Assembly (NCBI GenBank): GCA_965205265.1
Contig: CBDBGH010000003.1
Coordinates: 1,504,001-1,568,000 of the forward strand
Source: Alphaproteobacteria bacterium
GTDB lineage: Bacteria; Pseudomonadota; Alphaproteobacteria; Bin95
Length of the DNA stretch: 64,000 nucleotides
Direction of reading: 5' to 3'
The notes under the pieces are model-generated. The model saw only the letters and a program-made list of their open reading frames with translations. It did not search any database and was not told where the DNA came from. Shown here in pieces: positions 26,027-36,642 of this stretch; position 1 is the first letter of the stretch, and the number at the start of each line of letters is the position of its first letter. Both the position numbers and the translations under genes were made by a program.

Positions 26027-27874
26027 TCAACCGCGGGACACGGCGGAGACGCGCTGCCCGATGCCGGCCCCGGCGGCGATCGGGGCCGGCGCCATACCAT
26101 TGCCTCCGGCCGTGAACTGCAGCTCCGCAAGGCGGGCGTAGAGGCCGCCGGCCGCCAGCAACTGGTCGTGCGTTCCGGTCGCGACGGCGCGGCCCCGGTC
26201 CAGCACGACGATGCGGTCCGCATTCATCACCGTTGCGAGGCGGTGCGCGATGACGATGGTGGTCCGGCCGCGCGACAGGCGGTCGAGGGCGTCCTGGATC
26301 AGCCGCTCGTTCTCCGAGTCGAGCGCGCTCGTCGCTTCGTCCAGCAGCAGCACCGCCGGGTCGCGGAGGATGGCGCGGGCAATGGCGAGGCGCTGGCGCT
26401 GGCCGGCGGAGAGGCGTACGCCGCGTTCGCCGAGATAGCTGTCATAGCCCTCCGGAAGCGCGCGGAGGAACTCGTCCGCCGCCGCCGCTTTCGCCGCTTC
26501 GACGATCTCCGCATGGCTGGCGTCGGGCCGCCCGTAAGCGATGTTCTCGCGCGCCGTGGTCGAAAACACGACCGGTTCCTGCGGCACCAGGCCGAACTTG
26601 GCCCGCACCGCCGCCGGCGCAGCGCGGCAGATATCGACGCCGTCCAGCGTTATCCGCCCGCCCACCGGGTCGTAGAAGCGCAGCAGCAGGTTGAAGAGCG
26701 TCGATTTGCCGGCTCCCGACGGCCCGACCACGGCCACGGTCTCGCCCGGCGCGATGTCGAGGTCGAAGTCGCCGAGGACCGGCCTGTCGGGCGCGGAGGG
26801 ATAGGCGAAGACCGTCCTCTCGAAGGCCACGGCACCGTGCGAGGGCTCGGGCAGCACGGCCGGATCGGCGGGCGCGGCGATCTCGGGCTGCGCGGCCAGC
26901 AGGTCCATCAGCCGCTCCGTCGCCCCGGCCGCGCGCTGGAGGTCGCCCACGACCTCGCTGAGCGCGCCCAGCGCCGCAGCCGCCACCACGGCGTAGAAGA
27001 CGAAGGCCGAGAGGTCGCCCGCCGACATCGCGCCCGACATCACATCCCGGCCGCCGAGCCAGAGGATGGTGCAGACCGCCCCCAGCACCAGCACGATCAC
27101 GATGACGGCGAGCGCCGAGCGCACGCGGGTGCGATGAATGGCGGTGCGGAACGCCTCCTCGACCCGCATGGAGAAATCGACGATATCCATGCCCTCATGG
27201 CCGAAGGCCTGCACGGTGCGCACGGCCGAGATCGACTCCTCGACATGCGCGCCGACATCCGCCACCCGGTCCTGCGAGGCGCGGGAGAGGCGGCGCAGCC
27301 GCCGGCCCAGCACCAGGATCGGCAGCAGCACCAGCGGGATCACCAGCACCACCAGCCCGGTGAGCCGCGGACTGGTGACGAGCAGCATGGCCGCGGCGCC
27401 GATGAACAGCAGCACGTTCCTGAGCGCCATCGAGACGGTCGAGCCGACGACGGTCTGGATCAGCGTGGTGTCCGTGGTCAGCCGCGAGAGGATCTCGCCC
27501 GTCTTGGTGACCTCGAAGAAGCTCGGGCTGAGCTTCAGGATATGGGCGAACACGTCGCGGCGCAGGTCCGCCACCACCCGCTCGCCCACCCAGGCGACCA
27601 GGTAGGAGCGGAAGAAGGTCGCTGCCGCCAGCACCACGATGACGCCGAGCAGGATGACCAGGGCCGCGTCCAGCACGGCGGGATCGTTGCCGGCAATGCC
27701 GTTATCGACGAGATGGCGCAGCCCGAGGCCGATGGCGAGCACCGTGCTCGCCGCCACGATGAGCGCGGCGGCCGCGCCGGCGGCCTGGCGCCAGTGGGGC
27801 GCGAGATAGCCCGCCAGCGCGCGGAGCGGGCGCAGGTTGCGCGAGGCCTCTCGGGCCGGGTTCGGTCGTCTCAT
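26027..27874 (-). CDS. ABC transporter fused permease/ATP-binding protein (MsbA-like)
   Basis: TM domain, GPSGAGKST, LSAGQRQR, LLLDEATSALD, IAHRL. Confidence 0.93.
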   Translation of the reverse strand: MRRPNPAREASRNLRPLRALAGYLAPHWRQAAGAAAALIVAASTVLAIGLGLRHLVDNGIAGNDPAVLDAALVILLGVIVVLAAATFFRSYLVAWVGERVVADLRRDVFAHILKLSPSFFEVTKTGEILSRLTTDTTLIQTVVGSTVSMALRNVLLFIGAAAMLLVTSPRLTGLVVLVIPLVLLPILVLGRRLRRLSRASQDRVADVGAHVEESISAVRTVQAFGHEGMDIVDFSMRVEEAFRTAIHRTRVRSALAVIVIVLVLGAVCTILWLGGRDVMSGAMSAGDLSAFVFYAVVAAAALGALSEVVGDLQRAAGATERLMDLLAAQPEIAAPADPAVLPEPSHGAVAFERTVFAYPSAPDRPVLGDFDLDIAPGETVAVVGPSGAGKSTLFNLLLRFYDPVGGRITLDGVDICRAAPAAVRAKFGLVPQEPVVFSTTARENIAYGRPDASHAEIVEAAKAAAADEFLRALPEGYDSYLGERGVRLSAGQRQRLAIARAILRDPAVLLLDEATSALDSENERLIQDALDRLSRGRTTIVIAHRLATVMNADRIVVLDRGRAVATGTHDQLLAAGGLYARLAELQFTAGGNGMAPAPIAAGAGIGQRVSAVSRG

Positions 27875-28006
27875 GGTCTTTCTTCGATTGCCGCGCCGGA
27901 GGGGTAATAGCCGCCGCGCCGCCCCGCGTCTAATGCGACCGTGCTTGAGCGCCGCAGCGCGCTTCGCTATACAGGCCCGCCTTGCCTGTCCCGGAGCGCC
28001 CTGCCG

Positions 28007-28228
28007 ATGAAGCCCGACATCCATCCCGAGTATCACGAAATCAACGTCGTGATGACCGACGGGACCGAGTTCAAGACGCGCTCGACCTGGGGCAGCGAGG
28101 GCGACACCTTGCGGCTCGACATCGACCCGCTCTCCCATCCCGCCTGGATCGGGGGCAACCAGCGGCTTGTCGATACGGGCGGGCAGGTGGCGCGCTTCAA
28201 CAAGCGCTTCAAGAATTTCGGCGTCTAG
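28007..28228 (+). CDS. rpmE: 50S ribosomal protein L31
   Basis: [10 protein letters not shown]...[11 protein letters not shown]...[10 protein letters not shown]. Confidence 0.97.
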   Translation: MKPDIHPEYHEINVVMTDGTEFKTRSTWGSEGDTLRLDIDPLSHPAWIGGNQRLVDTGGQVARFNKRFKNFGV

Positions 28229-28243
28229 CCGCCCTTCCGGCCG

Positions 28244-29149
28244 ATGGACGGCGAGACGCTCTCGCCTGCCGCGCCCCTATCGGCTTCGGCTTGCGACTAC
28301 GCGGCGCATGAGGTCCATCGCCCGGACCGGCAATTGCTGCCGGTTGTCGTGGCGAGCCCCCATAGCGGCTCGGTCTATCCCCGCGCCCTGCTGGAGGCAT
28401 CTCCCCTCGATCTCGACCTGCTGCGCCGGTCCGAGGACTGCCATGTGGACCGGCTCGGGGCCGGTGCGGTGGAGGCAGGCGCGCCGCTGCTCCGCGCCCA
28501 TGTCCCGCGCGTTTTCCTGGACGTGAACCGCGAGCCCTGGGAACTCGACCCGGCGATGTTCGCCGAGCCGCTGCCGCGCTATGTGAAGACCCGGACGCCG
28601 CGCATCGCATCCGGGCTCGGCACCATCCCGCGCCTCGTCGGCAACGGGCTCGAAATCTACCGCGCCAAGCTTACGTTCCGCGAGGCGCGGCAGCGGGTGG
28701 AGCGTTTCCACGCGCCCTATCACGCGGCGCTGGCGGCGCTGATCGAGGAGACCCGCCGGCGGTTCGGGCACGCGCTGCTGATCGACCTGCACTCGATGCC
28801 GTCCGCGAGCTGGGGCGGGCGCTGGCCCGAAGGCGCGAAAGGCGCCGACATCGTGCTGGGCGACTGCTACGGCAAGGCGTGCGCGCGCGCCGTTACCGCA
28901 GCCGCCCACGACCATCTCTCGGACCGGGGCTACACGGTGGTGCGCAACGACCCCTATTCCGGCGGCTACACGACGAGGCGCTACGGCCGCCCCCGCCAGG
29001 GCCGCCATGCGCTCCAGGTGGAGATCAACCGGTCGCTCTACATGGACGAGGCGACGCTTGCGCCCAGGGCCGGGTTCGCGCAGGTGGCCCGCGACCTGAC
29101 GAGCCTGTTCGAGCGCCTGGCGGGCGCCCTGCAACACCGGCCGGCATGA
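28244..29149 (+). CDS. N-formylglutamate amidohydrolase family protein
   Basis: SPHSG, RRSED, DVNR, DLHSMPS, NDPYSGGY, QVEINRSLY. Confidence 0.9.
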   Translation: MDGETLSPAAPLSASACDYAAHEVHRPDRQLLPVVVASPHSGSVYPRALLEASPLDLDLLRRSEDCHVDRLGAGAVEAGAPLLRAHVPRVFLDVNREPWELDPAMFAEPLPRYVKTRTPRIASGLGTIPRLVGNGLEIYRAKLTFREARQRVERFHAPYHAALAALIEETRRRFGHALLIDLHSMPSASWGGRWPEGAKGADIVLGDCYGKACARAVTAAAHDHLSDRGYTVVRNDPYSGGYTTRRYGRPRQGRHALQVEINRSLYMDEATLAPRAGFAQVARDLTSLFERLAGALQHRPA

Positions 29150-29871
29150 ACCCGCCCCGCATCTCTGCGGGCGACGCCCTCTTCTTGGACCTCGACGGCA
29201 CGCTGGTGGGGATTGCGCCGACGCCGGACGCCGTGCGGCCCGCAAGCCATCTGGGAGCGCTTCTCGAAAGCGCATCCCGGCATGTCGGGTCGGCGCTGGC
29301 CATCGTCAGCGGGCGTTCCATCCGCCAGATAGACAGCCTGCTGGTGCCGCTCGCGCTGCCTGCCGCCGGTTTGCACGGCCTCGAACGGCGTTCCGCCGGC
29401 GGCGCATACAGCCCGCCGCCCGCCCTGCCCCGCTGCGACGAGCTGCGGGCGGCGCTCGGGCGCTTCGCGGCGGACCGTCCGGGCCTCCTGCTCGAAGACA
29501 AGGAGGCCGCGCTGGCCTTGCACTACCGCGCCCGGCCTGAATTGGAGGCGGAGGCCGTTGCCGCCGTCGAAGAAGCCCTTGGCGGTCTGCGCAGCGGCAT
29601 CGCGGTCCAGCACGGCAAGGCGGTCATCGAGCTTCGCCCCGAGGGCGCGGACAAGGGCGCGGCGGTGGCGGCCTTCATGTCCGAGCCGCCCTTCGCCGGC
29701 CGGCGTCCGGTATTTACAGGCGACGACATAACGGACGAAGCTGCGTTCCGCGCCGTGCGTCGGCGAGGCGGCGTCGCGGTGCGTGTCGGCGATGAGGCCG
29801 CCACCGCCGCGGAATGGCGCCTTGCGGATGTGGCGGCCGTCCATGCCTGGCTGGCCGATTTGGAGGGATGA
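29146..29871 (+). CDS. otsB: trehalose-6-phosphate phosphatase
   Basis: FLDLDGTL, IVSGR, GLHGLE, DKG, GDDITDE. Confidence 0.93.
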   Translation: MNPPRISAGDALFLDLDGTLVGIAPTPDAVRPASHLGALLESASRHVGSALAIVSGRSIRQIDSLLVPLALPAAGLHGLERRSAGGAYSPPPALPRCDELRAALGRFAADRPGLLLEDKEAALALHYRARPELEAEAVAAVEEALGGLRSGIAVQHGKAVIELRPEGADKGAAVAAFMSEPPFAGRRPVFTGDDITDEAAFRAVRRRGGVAVRVGDEAATAAEWRLADVAAVHAWLADLEG

Positions 29872-29872
29872 G

Positions 29873-31651
29873 ATGCGCTCGCTCGAACTAAGCATGATCG
29901 GCAACAGCAGCTACGCCGCGCTGCTCGACCCGCGCGGGCGCATCGTCTGGGCCTGCATGCCGCGCTTCGACGGCAACCCGGTATTCTGCGACCTGCTGGA
30001 GCCCGAGACGGATATCGGCTTTTACGAGGTCGAGATCGAAGGCTTCCTGCGCAGCGAACAGACCTACCGGCCCAACTCCGCCATCGTGGAGACCTGCCTG
30101 TTCGCGGAGAACGGGGCGGCCATCGAGATCCTGGACTTCGCGCCCCGCTTCAAGCAGTTCGGGCGGCTGTTCCGGCCGTTGAGCCTTGTGCGCCGCATCC
30201 GCCGCCTGGGCGGCGCGCCGCGCATCCGCATAAGGCTGCGCCCCGCCGGAAATTACGGCGCCGAGCCCGCGGAAGTCACGCGCGGCAGCAACCATGTCCG
30301 CTACATATTGCCGGACCACGTGCTGCGCCTGACGACGGAGGCGCCGGTTTCCTACGTGCTCGACGAGACATCGTTCCTCCTGGACAAGCCTGTCGATCTC
30401 ATCCTGGCGCAGGACGAGGCGCTGACGCGGCCGGTGCATGAGGTCGCGCGCGAATTCGAGGAACGGACGGATGAATACTGGCGCGAATGGGCGCGCTACC
30501 TTGCCGTGCCCTTCGAATGGCAGGACGCCGTCATACGCGCGGCGATCACGCTCAAGCTCTGCTCGGTCGAGGACAGCGGCGCCATCGTCGCGGCCGTCAC
30601 CACCTCGGTGCCCGAAGCGGCGGGCACGGAGCGCAATTGGGACTACCGCTTCTGCTGGCTGCGCGACGCCTATTTCACCATACGCGCGCTCAACCGCCTC
30701 GGCGCCACGCGGACCATGGAGGAGTTCCTCCGCTATATCCTGAATATCGTCGCCGCGAGCCCCGACGGCCGCCTGCAGCCGGTGTTCGGCGTGCAGATGG
30801 AGACGACGCTCTCCGAGTCCGCCATCGAAAGCCTGGGCGGCTATCGGGGGCACCGGCCCGTGCGCGTCGGCAACCTCGCCTATGTGCAGACCCAGCACGA
30901 TGTGTACGGCGCCGTGGTGCTCGCCTGCGCCCAGGCGTTTTTCGACCGGCGCATCGACCTGCATGGCGACGACCGGCTGTTCGAGACCCTGGAGCGCATC
31001 GGCGAGGTGGCGGCGCGCATGTACGACCAGCCCGATGCCGGCCTCTGGGAGCTGCGCGGGCGCCAGCGCCCCCACACTTTCTCCGCCCTGATGTGCTGGG
31101 CCGCCTGCGACCGCCTGGCCCGGATCGCCATGCAGCTCGACCATCCGGACCGCGCGTCCGTGTGGAACGGGCACGCCCGGACGATCCGGGCCCGGATAGA
31201 GCAGGACGGCTGGAACGAGGAGAAGCAGGCCTATGTCAGCGCATTCGGCGGCACGGAGGTGGATGCGGCGCTGCTGCTGATGCACGAGCTCTCCTTCTGC
31301 GAGGCCGACGATCCGCGCTTTCTCGGCACCGTCGCCGCCGTCGAGCGGGAGCTCCTCCGGGGCGACCATGTGTTCCGCTATGTCGAGGCCGACGACTTCG
31401 GGACGCCTCACAACGCGTTCAATGTCTGCACTTTCTGGTATATCGATGCCCTGGCGGCGATCGGCCGCCGGGACGAGGCGCGCCGGCTGTTCGAGAACAT
31501 GCTGGCCTGCCGGAACCGGGCGGGTCTCCTCTCCGAGGACCTGAACACCGAGACGAACGAGCTATGGGGCAACATTCCGCAGACCTACAGCATGGTCGGC
31601 CTGATCGTGTCGGCATTGCGCCTCTCGAAGTCCTGGGAGGAAGCGTTCTGA
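29873..31651 (+). CDS. glycoside hydrolase family 15 (trehalase/glucoamylase)
   Basis: TTSVPE, RNWDYRFCWLRD, GLWELR, GLLSED, WGNIPQTYS. Confidence 0.93.
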   Translation: MRSLELSMIGNSSYAALLDPRGRIVWACMPRFDGNPVFCDLLEPETDIGFYEVEIEGFLRSEQTYRPNSAIVETCLFAENGAAIEILDFAPRFKQFGRLFRPLSLVRRIRRLGGAPRIRIRLRPAGNYGAEPAEVTRGSNHVRYILPDHVLRLTTEAPVSYVLDETSFLLDKPVDLILAQDEALTRPVHEVAREFEERTDEYWREWARYLAVPFEWQDAVIRAAITLKLCSVEDSGAIVAAVTTSVPEAAGTERNWDYRFCWLRDAYFTIRALNRLGATRTMEEFLRYILNIVAASPDGRLQPVFGVQMETTLSESAIESLGGYRGHRPVRVGNLAYVQTQHDVYGAVVLACAQAFFDRRIDLHGDDRLFETLERIGEVAARMYDQPDAGLWELRGRQRPHTFSALMCWAACDRLARIAMQLDHPDRASVWNGHARTIRARIEQDGWNEEKQAYVSAFGGTEVDAALLLMHELSFCEADDPRFLGTVAAVERELLRGDHVFRYVEADDFGTPHNAFNVCTFWYIDALAAIGRRDEARRLFENMLACRNRAGLLSEDLNTETNELWGNIPQTYSMVGLIVSALRLSKSWEEAF

Positions 31652-31912
31652 GGGACCGTTCCGGAATGGCGTCCATGCAAGGGTCCGGTCCGCTTCCGCT
31701 ACGTCCGAACGCCACCCTCCGACAGGCTCATGGCAGGCTTCTTCGTCATGCCCGGACTTGTTCCGGGCATCCATACGGCCGTCCGGTGGAAGCGGTGGAG
31801 AGAGATACCCGGAACAAGTCCGGGTATGACGGGAAAGGGCGCGGGAAGAGGATCTGGGCAACGCCTTCGGTCCTGTCTCGACACGCCCCGACGCTAATTC
31901 GCAAGCGGTCTC
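31652..31912. mobile_element. MITE-1 copy b (opposite orientation to copy a), carrying a family A palindrome
   Basis: Degenerate TIRs GGGACCGTTCCGGAA and TTCGCAAGCGGTCTC; flanks TGA (the GH15 stop) and CGA; subterminal segments match the reverse complement of 25496-25987. Confidence 0.78.
31745..31830. repeat. REP/RPE-like palindromic element, family A
   Basis: GTCATGCCCGGACTTGTTCCGGGCATCC...GATACCCGGAACAAGTCCGGGTATGAC. Confidence 0.9.
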
Positions 31913-31928
31913 CGAGGAGGCCCGCGCC

Positions 31929-33308
31929 GTGAGCCGGCTCATTGTCGTCTCCAACCGCGTGGCTCCTGTCGATGAGACCAAGCCGACGTCCGGGGGGCTC
32001 GCGGTCGCCGTTCTGGCGGCGCTGAAGCGTTCCGGCGGCATATGGTTCGGATGGAGCGGGGACGTTTCCGAAGTGCCGGGCGAGGTCGTGCACAAGGTGC
32101 GCGCCGGCAGGCTGACCTATGCGACCTTCGACCTGTCCACCCGGGACCACGAGGAATACTACAACGGCTTCGCCAACAGCACGCTCTGGCCGCTTTTCCA
32201 CTACCGGCTGGACCTCGCGAATTTCAGCCGCCGCAACTATGCCGGCTACCGGCGCGTCAATGCCTATTTCGCCCGCAAGCTGGTCGATCTCATCGAGCCC
32301 GGCGATCTCATCTGGGTTCACGACTACCACCTGATCCCCATGGCGGAGGAGCTTCGCCGCGCCGGGGTCTCCAACCCCATCGGCTTCTTCCTGCACACGC
32401 CGCTCCCGCCGCTGGAGCTGCTGCTCGCGCTGCCGGAGCATGAGGAGCTGATGCGTTCCTTCTTCGCCTACGACCTGGTCGGCTTCCAGACCGAGGCCGA
32501 CCGCCGCAGCCTGCTGGACTACGCGATCCAGGAAGCCGGCGGCGGGATGGCGGGCGACACGGTCTTTCGCGCCCTTGGCCGGACGGCTTCGGCGGAGGTC
32601 CACCCCATCGGCGTCGATACCGACAATATCGAGCGCGCCGCCGCAAGCGCCGCCGCAGCCCGCTACGGCGCGCGCATGCGCACCAGCCTCGGCGGGCGCC
32701 GGCTGATCGTGGGCGTGGACCGGCTGGACTATTCCAAGGGCTTGCCGGAACGCTTCGCGGCGTTCGGCCATCTGCTGGGCGCCTATCCGGCCAACCGCAA
32801 CCGGGTGAGCCTGATGCAGATTGCAACGCCCACCCGCGCGGGCGTTCCCGAATACGAGGAAATCAGGCGGACGCTGGAAACGCTCGCAGGACACATCAAC
32901 GGGGAGTTCGCGGACTTCGACTGGGTGCCGATCCGGTATCTCAACAAGAGCTTCGCCCGGCGCACGCTCTTCGGCCTGCTACGCACCGCGCAGGTCGGGC
33001 TCATTACCCCGTTGCGCGACGGCATGAACCTGGTCGCGATGGAATATGTCGCGTCCCAGCCGCCGTCGGATCCCGGCGTGCTGGTGCTGTCGCGCTTCGC
33101 CGGGGCGGCCCGCTCCATCCCGGGCGCGGTGATCGTCAATCCCTACGACGCCGAAGGCATGGCGGAAGCCATTCAACTGGCCCTGGACATGCCGCGGGAG
33201 GAGCGGGTGGAACGCTGGCAGGCAGGCATGGAGGCGCTGCGCCGCAACGATGTCAGCCGCTGGCGGGAAATCTTCGTCTCCCGGCTGGCGGAGGCGCCGT
33301 TCGCGTGA
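31929..33308 (+). CDS. otsA: trehalose-6-phosphate synthase
   Basis: VVSNR, GGLA, WVHDYHL, GVDRLDYSKG, RDGMNLVA. Confidence 0.96.
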   Translation: MSRLIVVSNRVAPVDETKPTSGGLAVAVLAALKRSGGIWFGWSGDVSEVPGEVVHKVRAGRLTYATFDLSTRDHEEYYNGFANSTLWPLFHYRLDLANFSRRNYAGYRRVNAYFARKLVDLIEPGDLIWVHDYHLIPMAEELRRAGVSNPIGFFLHTPLPPLELLLALPEHEELMRSFFAYDLVGFQTEADRRSLLDYAIQEAGGGMAGDTVFRALGRTASAEVHPIGVDTDNIERAAASAAAARYGARMRTSLGGRRLIVGVDRLDYSKGLPERFAAFGHLLGAYPANRNRVSLMQIATPTRAGVPEYEEIRRTLETLAGHINGEFADFDWVPIRYLNKSFARRTLFGLLRTAQVGLITPLRDGMNLVAMEYVASQPPSDPGVLVLSRFAGAARSIPGAVIVNPYDAEGMAEAIQLALDMPREERVERWQAGMEALRRNDVSRWREIFVSRLAEAPFA

Positions 33309-34249
33309 CCCTGGCGCTGCTCTCCGACCTCGGCGGCACCAATATCCGGTTCGCGCTCAGCCGGGACGGCGGACCGCCCGAGGCCCTGGCGGTGCTCGCA
33401 GCCGACGATTTCCCGTCCTTCGAGGACGCGGCACGGCATTATCTCGGCGAAACCGAGGTCGGTCTGGCTGCCGTGGCGGTGGCGGGCCCGGTATCCGAGG
33501 GCCGTGCGGCCATGACCAATCGCGACTGGCGCATCGACGCCGCAGCCATCGCCAAAGCCCTCGGCGCCGAACGGGCCTGCCTCCTCAACGACTTCGAGGC
33601 CCAGGCCCTGTCCCTGTCCTCTCTCGGGGCGCAAGACCTTGCGCCGGTCGGCGAGTCCTTCGCGCCCGATCTGCGCGCTCCGAAGGTCGTGCTCGGCCCC
33701 GGAACCGGATTCGGTGCTGCCGCCCTGCTTCCGGAGCCCGGCGGTGGCTGGCGGGCGGTCTGCGGCGAGGGCGGGCATATGACGCTGGCGGCCGCGAACG
33801 AAACCGAAGCCATGCTGCTGGCGGAAATCCGCGAGGAATTCGGCCATGTCTCGGTGGAGCGGGTGGTGTCCGGTGCCGGGCTGGCGCTGCTCTACCGTGT
33901 CCTTTCCGGGAACCGGGAACCGGCGCCGGAACCCCCGGAGGTCACGGCGCGCGCCGCTGCCGGCGAACCGCTGGCGGTAGCAGCCGTCGGGCATTTCATG
34001 CGCTTTCTGGCGACGGCGGCTTCCGACCTTGCGCTCGTCTTCGCCGCGAAGGGAGGCGTTTACCTTTCTGGCGGCATCCTGCCCCGCCTCGGCGCTTGCT
34101 TCGACCGCGCGGCCTATCTCGACCGCTTCGCCGACAAGGGGCGCTTCCGGGCGTTTCTCCAGTCCATCCCGAGCGCCGTCATCACCCACCCGGCGCCGGC
34201 CCTGGCGGGCCTCGCCGCAGCGGCTTTCCGGCTGCAGGGACTGGAGTAG
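33305..34249 (+). CDS. glk: glucokinase
   Basis: DLGGTNIRF, NDFEA, GPGTGFG, GEGGH, ERVVSG. Confidence 0.92.
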   Translation: MTLALLSDLGGTNIRFALSRDGGPPEALAVLAADDFPSFEDAARHYLGETEVGLAAVAVAGPVSEGRAAMTNRDWRIDAAAIAKALGAERACLLNDFEAQALSLSSLGAQDLAPVGESFAPDLRAPKVVLGPGTGFGAAALLPEPGGGWRAVCGEGGHMTLAAANETEAMLLAEIREEFGHVSVERVVSGAGLALLYRVLSGNREPAPEPPEVTARAAAGEPLAVAAVGHFMRFLATAASDLALVFAAKGGVYLSGGILPRLGACFDRAAYLDRFADKGRFRAFLQSIPSAVITHPAPALAGLAAAAFRLQGLE

Positions 34250-34267
34250 CTGCGCGTTTTGGCGCCG

Positions 34268-35509
34268 TCAGGCCGGTCGCACAAGGACATGGCGTTTGCG
34301 GCCGGCGGAGAGCTTCAGCGCATCCAGACCTTCCATATCGGCGAGCCCCACAAGCTGTTCTTCCTTGCCGACAGGCTCGTCATTCAGCCGCGCGCCGCCG
34401 CCTCTAATCAGCCGCCGCGCCGCACCGCCGCTGTCGGCCAGTCCCGCCCGCCGGAACAGGGCAAAGGCCGGGATGCCCGCTTCCAGTTCCGAACGCGGCA
34501 CTTCCATCTCCGGCAATCCCTCCGCCGCCTCGCCCTGCTCGAAGGTGCGGCGCGCCGTCTCCGCCGCCTGCGAAGCCGCATCGCCGCCGTGGCAGAGCGC
34601 CGTTGCGGCGTCGGCCAGCGCCTTCTTGGCGTCGTTCAACTCCTGCCCTTCAAGCGCCTCCAAGCGTGCAATTTCGCCCATCGGCAGCTCGGTGAAGAGG
34701 CGCAGGAAGCGGCCCACATCGCCGTCTTCGGTATTGCGCCAGAATTGCCAGTAGTCGTATGGCGACACGCGCTCTTCATTCAGCCAGACCGCGCCGCTTG
34801 CGGTCTTGCCCATCTTGGCGCCGCTTGCGGTCTCGATCAGCGGCGTCGTCAGGCCGAAAAGCTCCGCCCCCTCGACCCGGCGTCCGAGGTCGATGCCGCT
34901 CACGATATTGCCCCACTGGTCCGACCCGCCCATCTGCAGCCGGCAGCCGAAACGTCGCGCCAGTTCGACGAAGTCGTAGGATTGCAGGACGGCGTAGTTG
35001 AATTCGAGGAAGCTCAGCGGCTGCTGCCGGTCGAGGCGCAGGCGCACGCTGTCCATGGAAAGCATGCGGTTGACGGAGAAATGCCGCCCGTATTCGCGCA
35101 GGAACGGAATGTAGGAAAGGCCGTCCAGCCAGTCGGCATTGTTCGCCATGACGGCGTCCGACGGCCCGTCGCCGAAGGCCAGGAACTTTTCGAACACGCG
35201 CCTTATGCCCGCCATGTTCGCAGCGATTTGCCTGTCCGTGAGCAGCGGGCGCGCTTCCTCCTTGCCGGACGGATCGCCCACTTTCGTCGTCCCGCCGCCC
35301 ATCAATACGATGGGTTTGTGGCCCGCCTGCTGGTAATGGCGCAGCAGCATGATGGACACCAGCGAACCGACATGCAGGCTGTCGGCCGTACAGTCGAATC
35401 CGATATAGGCCGGCACGGCCGGTCCGCCCAGCAGCGAGTCCAGCCCGCCGGCGTCGGTGCATTGGTGCAGGAAGCCGCGTTCGCGAATGGTCTCCAGAAA
35501 GGACGGCAC
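34268..35509 (-). CDS. tyrS: tyrosine-tRNA ligase
   Basis: [15 protein letters not shown] (HIGH-like), [14 protein letters not shown]. Confidence 0.97.
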   Translation of the reverse strand: MPSFLETIRERGFLHQCTDAGGLDSLLGGPAVPAYIGFDCTADSLHVGSLVSIMLLRHYQQAGHKPIVLMGGGTTKVGDPSGKEEARPLLTDRQIAANMAGIRRVFEKFLAFGDGPSDAVMANNADWLDGLSYIPFLREYGRHFSVNRMLSMDSVRLRLDRQQPLSFLEFNYAVLQSYDFVELARRFGCRLQMGGSDQWGNIVSGIDLGRRVEGAELFGLTTPLIETASGAKMGKTASGAVWLNEERVSPYDYWQFWRNTEDGDVGRFLRLFTELPMGEIARLEALEGQELNDAKKALADAATALCHGGDAASQAAETARRTFEQGEAAEGLPEMEVPRSELEAGIPAFALFRRAGLADSGGAARRLIRGGGARLNDEPVGKEEQLVGLADMEGLDALKLSAGRKRHVLVRPA

Positions 35510-35598
35510 GGTCGTCGGTCTCGCTGTTCGGGAGAGGCGGGGCCGTCTATCACGGCAGCCGGAGCCCCGCAACGGGAGGCGCTTTTGGAGCATCGGAC

Positions 35599-36642
35599 AT
35601 GGACCTGCTGATCGGCCTGATGAGCGGCACCTCGATGGACGGGGTGGACGCGGCCCTGCTGGAGACCGACGGCGAAGACGCGGTGCGGCCCCGGGGCTTC
35701 GTCTCCCTGCCCTATGAAGACCGGGAGAGGGAAGCGATCCGCTCGGCGCTGGGCGCCGGAGACGCGAAAAGGGTGCGCGCCGCCGAAACGGTAGTGACAG
35801 AGGTGCATATCCGCGCCGTCCGGTATCTTCTGGCCGGGACCGGCGCGCGGGATGCGCGGGCCATCGGCTTCCACGGCCACACGCTCGACCACCGCCCCGA
35901 AGACCGTTTCACCCTGCAGGTCGGGGACGCTGCGCGGCTCGCCCGGGAGACCGGTCTTCCGGTCGTCGCCGATTTTCGCAGCGCCGATATCGCCGCCGGC
36001 GGCCAGGGCGCGCCGCTGGCGCCGGTTTACCACCGCGCCCGCCTTGCCGGAGAGCCGGGACCGATAGCCGTGCTCAATATCGGCGGGGTCGCGAATGTCA
36101 CCTGGATCGGGCGGGACGGCGGAATGCTCGCCTTCGATACCGGGCCCGGCAATGCGCTTCTCGACGACTGGTGCCGGCTGCATACCGGCCTGCCCATGGA
36201 CCGGGACGGGCAGCTGGCGGCCCGGGGCCGGGTCGATAAAGCGATATTGGAGCAGCTTCTCGACGATCCGTATTTCGCCATGCCGCCGCCCAAGTCCCTG
36301 GACCGGATGAGTTTCTCTTCCGCGCCGCTGGAGGGTCTCTCGCCGGCCGACGGCGCGGCGACCTTGACGGCCTTCACGGCCGGAGCGGTGGCGCGCGCCC
36401 CGCTTCCCGAACCGCCGCGGCGGTGGATCGTTTCCGGCGGCGGGCGGCGTAATCCCGTTCTGATGGCTGCGCTCCCCGGCTCGGTGGAGCCGGCCGAGGC
36501 GCTTGGCTGGAACGGGGATGCGCTCGAAGCCGAAGCATTTGCCTATCTGGCCGCCCGACGCCTCAAGAACCTGCCGGCGAGCTTTCCCGGCACAACCGGC
36601 TGTCCCGCGCCAATGGCGGCGGGGCGGCTATTTCCGCCGTGA
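35599..36642 (+). CDS. anmK: anhydro-N-acetylmuramic acid kinase
   Basis: [37 protein letters not shown]. Confidence 0.95.
   Translation: MDLLIGLMSGTSMDGVDAALLETDGEDAVRPRGFVSLPYEDREREAIRSALGAGDAKRVRAAETVVTEVHIRAVRYLLAGTGARDARAIGFHGHTLDHRPEDRFTLQVGDAARLARETGLPVVADFRSADIAAGGQGAPLAPVYHRARLAGEPGPIAVLNIGGVANVTWIGRDGGMLAFDTGPGNALLDDWCRLHTGLPMDRDGQLAARGRVDKAILEQLLDDPYFAMPPPKSLDRMSFSSAPLEGLSPADGAATLTAFTAGAVARAPLPEPPRRWIVSGGGRRNPVLMAALPGSVEPAEALGWNGDALEAEAFAYLAARRLKNLPASFPGTTGCPAPMAAGRLFPP

Noticed and set aside
28007-28228. Zinc-free L31 as a zinc-starvation paralogue
   Set aside because: Cys-less L31 is the normal form in alphaproteobacteria
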